Source: Azolla caroliniana (lineage: Eukaryota > Plantae > Polypodiophyta). From it: 64,000 bases of DNA. The notes below the pieces were generated by a model. It searched no databases, had not been told where the DNA came from, and saw nothing but the letters and a program-made list of their open reading frames with translations. Made by a program: the position numbers and the translations under genes. The stretch covers positions 9,796,001-9,860,000 of the forward strand of contig JBHGNT010000001.1 of NCBI GenBank assembly GCA_043228905.1, in the 5' to 3' direction. Below, one piece after another: positions 22,979 to 32,800 of this stretch (its first letter is position 1; every line of letters starts with the position of its first letter).

Positions 22979-25346
22979 GTGAACAAGGTGGCAGAGGAGC
23001 AGAAGATGAGGGTGTCGGATCTTGCAGAGGCCATGGCTTCGGCCATGGACCGGATAGCGAGCGCGCGCGAGGGCACCGGCGCCCTTGACAGGGCTATTGA
23101 GGCGATCGTCGGTACGGTCGGCCGGTTCAGTGGAAAGGATGCCACGAGTTATTTGGCGTCCTACCAGGCGGAGATATTGATGAGGGATTTTCTAGAAGAG
23201 AGGCGTCTTGCCGGATTCCCTCGAGTGGCGATGCCGGGCATCCATGCGGAGGTGCTCGAGGTCCGGGCGGAGAGCCGGACTTGGGATGAGTTCGAAGGAC
23301 GGCTCCTGGAGAAATACGGGCTGGATGACGCGCTTCGACTTTCGAAGCGGGGCTTCATGGAGTGGGTGGAGTCCCCCAACAAAGGAAGAAATGCGTCGGT
23401 ACTCCTCCGGGAGTTTGAGGAACGCTCTGCGCGCCTTTTGGCGCTCGATCAGACAGTTCTGGACACAAGTCGTGTCCTACTATTTGTCAAATCGGTTGAC
23501 ACACAGGATCGGGAGCAAGTGGGCTCCTTACTGGAAACCGAAGACGGGCTCACGGCCGACTGGGCCGCGGTAAAAAGAGTCTGGGGCCGTTTTGACAAAC
23601 GGTGGGAGTGGGCTGATACAGGGGCGACCGGGGCGGATCCTGTCGTAGCAAGGTAGCTCGAACCGATACCACAGGCGCGAATGGAAGAGACCCAGGAGTG
23701 GCTCGAAACCGGTTCGGCTTCGACCGGCGTGGTCAAAGGCTCGTCCGGGGGAACAACTCTGGAGGAGTTGACGCGGGTGGTAAAGGATCTCCAGATCACC
23801 CAGGCTCGGAGGGAAGGCGGCGAACAGGCTCGTGACTGACGGCCTCCGGTAGGAAATGGGTGCATGTGGTGCGACGAGGTCGGCCACATCCGGAAAGACT
23901 GCGGGGACTTTATGGAGGCTTTGAGAAGCCGGGTAGTGTACCTGTCGGAAGGTCGGGTGCACGCCAACGATACCCGGAGGGCCCTGAACCGAAACGATGG
24001 AAAGGAGGAATGAAAAGGCTGATGGAAGAGGCGGCAGCCCGGCACGCAGAGACCGTCCACTACTCAGCATCAGCCGGTATTCGGGTCGGGGGCAGCGGGG
24101 CCCAGAAGGAGAGCAAAGCCGAGTTTTGGCTGACGGTGCTGGAAGGCCTCGCTGGTGCCCGACTGAAGAGGGACGAGGCGGACCGCGCGGAGAAGCGGGT
24201 CCAAGAGGTAACCGGGTGGAGTGACCCGGTGGAAGAAAAGACGGGTTTCGTCGAAGCAGCTTGCCAGAACTACGAGGCTATGGTTGAAGACAAACGGGTA
24301 GGTAAAACCGGAGGGGCCGGACCCTCAAAGAGATACGAAACCCGATTCGGGCCGAAACGGAACGAGGCCGGTGAGACCAGTGACCGGGATAACCACAAGA
24401 AGGGCGGATACCGGTTGGGCACGGAGATCGAAAGGACCACGGACCTACGAAAGGTCTTGGAAGAACGAATCCTCGACAGCAAGGTGGAACTGTCGTTGCG
24501 GGAGGTGCTCGGAATCGCCAAGAAGGAGTTCCACGACTCCATCGTAGACTTGGTGAAGAGGAAGAGGCTGTCGACGAAGACAGAACCGGGAAAAGGTTGG
24601 TGCAGGTGCGGACGACGCACATAGAGGCCATGGCGCTGGAAGACAAGTGGGCAGAGAGCCACTATTCGAGGCCACACTGGGCCCAAGCGACCATGGAAAC
24701 CCCGGTGAAGATCGGAGATGTTCAAGAACCAGTGGTGGCGCTGGTGGACCACGGTTCGGAAATAAACCTGATGTCCATGGACTTCTACAAGAATGGGAAA
24801 TGGCCGGTCAACACCAAGCACGGGTGGAAGATACGGGCAGCGACGCGCGCCACCGAGGAACTAAACGGGGCCTGCCCAAACGTGCGAGTCAAGATCGACG
24901 ACGTCGAGATAGACAAGCACTTCTTTGTGCAGGAGACGTCCTCGCACCTGGTCATACTGGGAGAACCGTACATTACGGCAACACGGATGGAGAGCAAGGT
25001 GCTGGACAATGGGTCGGTGTTGAGCGGCAAGCTCAACCGGAGCTGGATCGGCTGAATAAGCCGGAGCCGGTAAGTGAGACGGAGCGGGCGAAACGGATCG
25101 CTATGACGGTGAGCAACCGAACCGGCAAGCAGTGGAGGCCGGGTGCAATCCGTAACCGGCAGTCCAATCGGAAGCCTAGTACAGGATAGACTACTAGGTA
25201 GCTATAGTCTCGTAGTAAGTGTCAGATGCTCGTGTGAGCATTGAAGTACATGGTACTTCTGTCAGTCCCAAGAGGACTTGTATAAATAGTGCTACTTAGC
25301 ACAGTGTATATACAGAGTCTTGATATAATTTTGAAATAGTGTTCTG

Positions 25347-25398
<52 letters not shown>

Positions 25399-27053
25399 TG
25401 TTCTCTGTTTTACGCTTCCACAAACACTTACGTTTACAGTCGGCTTACGCGAGGGTCAAGAGTCAGGACGGGCGTCATTCGGTCTAGTTCCTGACGGTGC
25501 GACCGAACCACAAGCGAAACCACGAGTCCCTCGGTGGCGAGAACCGAGAGGATTTTTAGAGAGGGCTGTCAAGGCTTGGGGCCGCGATAGTCCGGACACT
25601 CCGGGAAAACCCCACAAATGTACGATAGAGGCGAAACCGAAGAAACCTTGTACCATAAGACGGAAGTTTTGTTTCTCCGACAACGGAGGGTGTACGATAG
25701 TTGGCGTCGTTGGCCGAGAAAAGACAAGGGCGGAAGAGCGACTTCGGGCGTGCGGAGTTCTCGGGCCCAGCGAGGAAATCAACGGAGCCGTGGAGGCGGT
25801 CTCCTTCGACGTTACCTTGGGAATACTGCGAGAGGTGGTCGGAGAGGGCCTTAAAGAGGACCGGACGATACCGGTTTGTTCAGAAGACATGTACGAAGTC
25901 ATCGCGGACTTCAGTCGAGGGCTCGAGTCGGATCGGACGGCCCGGGTTAACACGAAGTACAAGACTGTGGACCAGAAGGTAAGGCCAATCGCGGCACCCT
26001 TACCGGAGGGCAGCGAGTTGCGAATCAAGGGGGTCGTGTCGGACCCCAGTTTACGAGATCCGGCCTGCATAGGACACACCTTCACCGACAGAACGCTACA
26101 GGAGCTCAAAATCGGTGGAAGTGGGTTCCTACTACCGGCGGAAGAAAACCAGTTTCGGAGAATTCTTGGAAGGCACGGGAAAGCCTTCACATTCTCACCG
26201 GAAGAGATCGGGTGCGTAGACCCGACAGTCGTGAAGCCGATGGTGATATTCACGGTACCGCATGTGCCGTGGAATCTCAAACCAATTCCGGTACCGAGAG
26301 CTCACATCCCGAAGCTGATGGAGTTGTTGAGGCAGAAAGTCGATATAGGCATCCTCGAACCGTCGAGTGCCCCGTACTCGAACCGCTGGTTTACCGTACC
26401 AAAGAAGAATGGGACGTTGCGCTTCATTCAGGACCTGCAACCGGTCAACAGAGTGACCATTCGGAACGCAGGAATCGGACCAACGATAGACGAGTTCGCG
26501 GAGGCCTTCGCTGGAAGGTCGATCTACTCGGTCGGTGATCTGTACTCGGGGTACGATCAGTTCCAACTAGCCGTAGAGAGGAGAGACATTACGACGACGC
26601 GGACTCCTCTCGGCCTAGTACGGATGTGTACCCTGCCACAAGGAGGGACGAACTCGGTGGCCCACATGGTAAATGCGATGAACAAGGTGCTGAGGGATTG
26701 TATCCCGGACATCACCATGCCATTGTTGGACGACATCCCGATTAAGGGATGTCCGGTGGAGGAAAAGGACGAAATGATCGGACCGGACGGATGCCGGAAA
26801 TTCGTGGTGACACACATTGACGACTGCGAGAGGGTGCTGCAGAGGCTAGAGGACGCGAGGCTCACCTTCTCCGGGGAGAAATCGGCCTTCGGGCAATCTG
26901 AGATCATGGTTGTCGGACATCTATGCGGACCGTATGGCTGGAAACCGTCTTCAGCTAAGGTGGAAGCCATCTCCGCAATGAAGCCCGACTGTAACTCGAT
27001 CACGGAGGTACGGAGGTTCTTGGGAGCATGCGCATTCTACCACATATGGATCC
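22979..27053 (+). pseudogene. gag-pol: D1 gag-protease-RT; RNaseH and integrase missing
   Basis: Gag, CMWCDEVGHIRKDC knuckle, ALVDHGSEINLM protease, RT (YSNRWFTVPKK, DLYSGYDQ, LPQG, LLDD). Stops and frameshifts. Ends at YHIWI. Confidence 0.9.
25018..25438 (+). mobile_element. Solo LTR (421 bp) inserted in the D1 protease region
   Basis: TGTTGAG...TTTACA. TSD GTCGG at 25013-25017 and 25439-25443. TATAAATA and (CT)n. The site is empty in sibling D2. Confidence 0.9.
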
Positions 27054-27502
27054 TCAATTGGACCGTGAAGTCGAAACAAGGAGTGCGGACGGTAGGCCAT
27101 CGGTGGGTGCAATATGTAAGATGTAGAGTTATAGAGAAAAGGTTTAGGGTTTAGGAATTAGGGTTTGAGTCTTGGTTTTGGTTTTGGTTTAGGGTTAGGG
27201 TTTAGTGTTTGTTTCGGGCTTAGGGTTTAGAGGATAAAAGGGTTTAGTGCAAGAGGGGAAAGGTAACACCAAGAATAATTTGAGCACACCCAAATTATTT
27301 GACAAACTTGGTGTAAGTGAGGCATAATAAGAGATAGAGGAAGGGGAGAGAGAGAGAGACGAGGGATTAATCACTAACATTAAAACTAGAAACAAGTTAA
27401 AACATAACCATAAGCTAAATAGTCTAGATTAGAGAGAGAGAGAGAGATTAAGAAGGAGACTAATTTTCATTAAGAAAAAGGAAAAATTACAATACGATGG
27501 GT

Positions 27503-27563
27503 AATGGTCATGAGCAAACTAGTTTCGCCCCCTACGGGGCTCATCAGTGCTACCATGACCATT
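27503..27563 (-). ncRNA. Type I hammerhead ribozyme with minimal palindromic stem III
   Basis: Minus strand reads AAUGGUCAUG-GU-AGCA CUGAUGA GCCCC-GUAG-GGGGC GAAAC-UA-GUU UGCU-CAUGACCAUU. This gives a 14-bp stem I with a 2-nt bulge, the full conserved core, a 5-bp stem II and a GUU cleavage triplet. Confidence 0.9.
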
Positions 27564-28538
27564 CGGGGTGGATAGGTTATATAAGGAGTTTTCGGAGTGG
27601 CTTTAGAGAAATGACAATAGGGAGTGGGGTTGTGCTTATGGATGTGATTGAAAGGGGGGGAAAGATTTGGAGAAGAAGGAAGAGGATTTTATGGGCTTTA
27701 ATGTGATAAGGGGAAGGCTTTGGTATGAGGGTTATATTGTAATAGGAGGGATAAGAAGAAAAGGGAGAGTTTAGGATATAAAATGTAAAAAGTGAGGAAA
27801 TATAAGGGGCATTAAGAGAGAGGGGGAAACAAGGCTTACGTGAGATGATGAGAAGGGAAGGAGAGAGAGAGAGAGAGAGAGGGAATGAGTAGACATAAGG
27901 GGAGTGAGTAGATCTAGGAGGAGAGAGAGTGGGAAAACGTGAAAAAATTAAGAGAGAGCAAAAGGGGAGAGAGAGGAGAGAGATGTGTGTAAACTAGAAA
28001 AAGTAAGAGAGAGAAAGGAAAGAGGAGAGAGGTAAGGGAGAGAGACATGTGTGGGAAAAATAAAGGGGAAAGTTTAGAAAAAAGGAAGAGGAGGGGTAAG
28101 GTAAGCAAAAAAAGGTGAGAGATCAGTGAGGGTAGAAGACTAAAAAAGGAATATGAAAATGAAAGGGTATATTGTGATAAGAGAAACGTAGAGAGAGAGA
28201 GAGAGAGAAAAGAGGATAAAAAGTAAGAAAGCTAAAGGAAAAGAGAGAGAGGTAGGAGTTAGAGAAGAGAGAAAGGGTATATCGACCCGCACTCCTCACA
28301 AAGCCGTAAGGCAAATCCTAAATAAAAAGCTACTAAAAAGAAAGGTTAAGGGGAGGGGTAACGTTTAAAATATATAGAAATCGAGGAGAGGGGCAACGGG
28401 TGAATATAATCTAAAGATTAGGTTTAATAAAAGTGTAGGAGAGAGGTATAAATGAAACTAGGAGGAATTAGGGGTATGAGTGAAACTAGGAGGTAGGGGT
28501 ATGGAAAAAATAGTAAACGGGGAAGGGCAGGAAAAATG

Positions 28539-28890
28539 TCAAAGTAATAAAGGGAGGGGTATAATGAAATTGAGAAAAGTAGGTGGAGGGGTAGAATGAA
28601 TTTTAGGATAAAGGAAGGGGGAGGGGTATCCAATATTTTGAGGAGAGGGAGGGTAGGAATTAAAAATATCAAAGTAATAGAGGGAGGGGTATAATGAAAT
28701 TGAGAAAAGTAGATGGAGGGGTAGAATAAATTTTAGGAGAAAAGAAGGGGAGGGGTATCCAATATTTTGAGGAGAGGAAGGGTAGGAATTAAAAATGTCA
28801 AAATAATAGAGGGAGGGGTATAATGAAATTGAGAAAAGTAGAGGGAGGGGTATAATGAAATTGAGAAAAGTAGATGGAGGGGTAGAGTGT
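28539..28890 (+). repeat. About 2.7 copies of a ~130-bp purine-rich tandem repeat built on GAGGGGTA subunits
   Basis: Unit starts near 28539, 28669 and 28798. Confidence 0.8.
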
Positions 28891-29614
28891 GATTTCAAAT
28901 GAAAGGGGGAAGGGTAGAGTATACGAATAGAGGTGAGAGAGGGTAGAGTAAAATATAGGAAAAGAAAATGGGAAGGGTAGAGATAGAGAAAGAGTAACAA
29001 AAATTAAAAGAGAAAGAGAAAGAAGAGAGAAATGGGGGGTTTTGAGTGAAAACATGAAAAGGGAGAGGGGTAGAGTGACAATTAGTTAAACAGACGAGGG
29101 GCATTTTTACAATTTTGTAGAGATCAAGGAGAAGAGGGGGAGTGATAAGGATTGTGCATATAAGCCGGCTACAACATGTAGTCCCGAGCATTAGTTAAAG
29201 AGGGAGAGGTGGGCACACACGGCTACCATGTGTAGTCCCGTGCTATTAATACAAAGAAGAGATAAAAGGGGCGAGTAATGAGTGTCAGTGTTGCATGTTG
29301 GGATGGAAGAAGAAAACCGGTGTCGCCGTTGCAAATGCGAATCAACGTGTTATGAGGGAACTCGTCACGAAACGGATGCTCGATGGGTGTCGATGCACGA
29401 CCGTCGTGGGTGCCATTCTCCGTTGAAAGGGCCTCCATAGAAAGCATGATGTATTCTCAATTGGACCGTGAAGTCGAAACAAGGAGTGCGGACGGTAGGC
29501 CATCGGTGGGTGCAATATGTAAGATGTAGAGTTATAGAGAAAAGGTTTAGGGTTTAGGAATTAGGGTTTGAGTCTTGGTTTTGGTTTTGGTTTAGGGTTA
29601 GGGTTTAGTGTTTG

Positions 29615-29847
29615 TTTCTCCAACGAGAAACCAATTTTGGCGCATACCGGTGGATGCGCGATTAGGTGGGGGCGGATGTCGTGAAGAAAACCGTCCCCTG
29701 GCGCAATCGGTGAATAGCGCACGTGAAGGGCCGGTTCATGTGCGTTATTCACCGATTGCGCCAGGGGACGATTTTCTTCACGACATCCGCCCCCACCTAA
29801 CCGCGCATCCACCGGTATGCGCCAAAATTGGTTTCTCGTTGGAGAAA
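29615..29847. repeat. Near-perfect palindrome (113-bp arms, 7-nt loop) of D-family 3'UTR-PPT-LTR start
   Basis: 29615-29727 is the reverse complement of 29735-29847, with about 4 mismatches. Confidence 0.92.
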
Positions 29848-32800
29848 ACCGGTATGGGTCCCGTTTCTTTGTCCATCGGTTCACCCTCCGTTTTGGACTG
29901 TTCGTCTTCGTTGTCCAGGCCTCTTAGATCCGGTTCGTCATCGTGGTGTTTCTTGAACGCTTTGACCCGCTTCCCTGCTACCGGCATCGCCATCCTCGTA
30001 CCGTCGAGTTCCGCCAGGTGATACGTCCCGTTGTCGTTGGCGCTCGTTACCACGTAAGGCCCGAACCACCGCTTCGCGAACTTCCGTGTTGCTCGGTGCT
30101 GGTTGTCGAGGCTGCTGTCGTAAACTAGCACCCAGTCGCCTTCCTCGATTTTCTTTGGTCTGAGCCGGTGCGTTCGGTCAAACCGGGCTTTGTTCTTCAT
30201 CCTCGCCGTCCAAAGTCTCTCCGCCGCTCGTTCCACGTCCTCTGGCCTCCGCTCGAGTTGCCGTATACGCGCCGCTAGCAGTTCTTCCCGACTCATTTCA
30301 TCACTCCAGTCTACTGTCACCCAAGAGGAGATCGTCCGTTCCATCGGCATGATCGGCTTCTATCCGAACATGAGCTCTGACGGCATGAACCCGGTTACCG
30401 AGTTGTGCGTTGTCCGGTCCGCCCACAGGGCGTAAGGTAACAGCCGTGGCCAGTTCCCGACCTGGTCTCCGCATGCCCGGACTAGCGCTTTGACGATTGG
30501 CCCGTGGCCACGCTCTACCTTCCCGTTTGCCTCCAGATTGTACGCTATGGTGAGCGAGAGCTTGACCCCTAACCGGTTGAACAGCTCCTCGGCCTCTTCG
30601 GCGTCCAACTCCCCGCGGTCAGCCACGATCTTTCCGACACACCTGTACCGGCATATCACGTCCTCGATCAGGAACCGACACACGGCCGCGGTCGTTTTGT
30701 TCTGCAGGGCTCGGCCTTCCACCTGGTTCGTCAGGTCTTCCCGGGCCAGCACCAAATATCGCATCTGCCCTACGCCCATCGGCAACATCACCAAATCTAC
30801 CATCCATTTGAAGTGGATGGCCGGAGGGTAAGTAGGGTGAAGCTCGTCCCGATGTCGGACTATGGAGTGCATCTGACAACTCTCGCAAGTTGTCACGAAC
30901 TTATGCACGTCCCGGTACAGTCCCGGCCACCAGTACTTCCCCTTTAGCTTCTCGAACGTGGCCCACGTCCCACGGTGTCCAGCCCAGGGGCTGTCGTGGT
31001 AGGCCTTCAACAGTTCCTCCTTCATCGCCACTACTCGGAGCAGGATGCCGTTCCTCTTCTTCGGGTGCTTCCACAAGCATCCGTCCCGGAGAAAGAATCG
31101 GTACGCTTTCTTCCGGATCCGGTTGGCCTCGTCCCTTGTCCACGATGCATCCGGCATCATTGTCCTTAAGAATCCCCCAATCTGCAACCACTCCCCGTCG
31201 TACTTGCTCTCGTTAAAATTGTTGAGCGCCGGAGTGCTCCCCCCCTCGGTTGTTACGTAAGCCGCCTCGAAGAAGTCTACGCCGACTTCCTCGTCCTCCG
31301 AAACCATGTCGTCCTCGTCGTTGAATTTCGCCCTCGAAAGGATGTCGGCCATGGCATTGTCTTTCCCAGAAATGTGTCGTATTTCCGGATCCAGGGACTT
31401 GATGTACGCTATCCACCTGAGCATTGCCAGGTCTGGGGTTGCACATCCGGAAACCATGCCGAGGATCGGCAGGCAGTCCATCTCGATAATTACCTCTGTC
31501 CCGATCAGATAGTCTTTATCGGCCTTTACCGCCGAAACGATAACCCAGAGTTCGCGTTTAACCTGGGCGTATCCTCGCTGTCGCTCGCTTAGGACCTTCG
31601 CGCCGAACCGGATTGGGAACCGGATGCCATCCTCGTCTTCTTGGTTGACGGCCCATCCGATCCCGGTCGGACTTGTATCTACCGTCATGTAGATGGGGGT
31701 GCCTTTCTCGTAGACAGCCTTCCGGAGTGCCGGAGCCACAGCAAGAGCCTCCTTCATCTTTCGTACCGACTCCGTATGCTCGTCTCGCCACTCGAATTTT
31801 CGCCCCTTTTTTAGCAACCCGTATAGCGGCTCGGCAACGTGGGCGTAATGTGGGATCCATATGTGGTAGAACGCGCATGCTCCCAAGAACCTCCATACCT
31901 CCGTGACCGAGTACAGTCGGGCTTCATTGCGGAATGGCTTCCACCTTTGCTGGAGACGGTTTCCGGCCATACGGTCCGCATAGATGTCCGACGACCATGA
32001 TCTCAGATTGCCCGAAGGCCGATTTTTCCCCGGAGAAGGTGAGCCTCGCGTCCTCTAGCCTCTGCAGCACCCTCTCGCAGTCATCAACGTGTGTTGCCAC
32101 GAATTTCCGGCATTCGTCCGGTCCGATCGTTTCGTCCTTTTTCTCCACCGGACATCCCTTGATGGGGATGTCATCCAAGAATGGCATGGTGATGTCCGGG
32201 ATACAATCCCTCAGCACCTTGTTCATCGCGTTCACCATGTGGGCGACCGAGTTCGTCCCTCCTTGCGGCAGGGTGCACATCCGCACTAGGCCGAGAGGAG
32301 TCCGCATCGTCGTAATGTCTCTCCTCTCTACGGCTAGTTGGAACTGATCGTACCCCGAGTACAGATCACCGACCAAGTAGATCGACCTTCCGGCGAAGGC
32401 CTCCGCGAACTCGTCTATCGTTGGTCCGATTCTTGCGTTCCGAATGGTCACTCTGTTGACCGGCTGCAGGTCTTGAATGAAGCGCAACGTCCCGTTCTTC
32501 TTCGGTACAGTAAACCACCGGTTCGAGTACGGGGCACTCGACGGTTCGAGGATGCCCATATCAACTTTCTGCCTTAATAGCTCCATCAGCTCCGGGATGT
32601 GAGCTCTCGGTACTGAAATTGGTTTGAGATTCCATGGTACATGCAGTACCGTGAATATCACCATCGGCTTCACGACTGTCGGGTCTACGCACCCGATTTC
32701 TTCCGGCGAGAATGCGAAGGCTTTCCCGTGCCTTCCGAGCATTCTCCGAAACCAGTCTTCTTCCGCCGGCAGTAGGAACCCGGCCCCACCGATTTTGAGC

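Larger units (their letters stand above)
27053..29618 (-). mobile_element. Non-coding 2.57-kb hammerhead-bearing insert (candidate non-autonomous Penelope-like element / retrozyme)
   Basis: Identical 163-bp direct repeats at 27053-27215 and 29456-29618 (period 2403). Telomere-like TTTAGGG motifs, extreme purine skew, hammerhead at 27503-27563. No TG..CA ends, no TSD. Confidence 0.65.

Noticed and set aside
27140-27230. True telomere or healed chromosome end
   Set aside because: Only a few degenerate units, embedded within a duplicated element terminus.
27914-29191. Leu/Phe/Ser/Pro-rich minus-strand ORFs
   Set aside because: Artefacts of pyrimidine-rich low-complexity repeats.
29163-29250. 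Twister or other second ribozyme
   Set aside because: The required core and pseudoknot pairings could not be assembled by eye. Kept only as a hairpin motif.
27053-29618. TRIM/LARD-type LTR element
   Set aside because: The direct repeats lack TG..CA, and there is no PBS, PPT or TSD.
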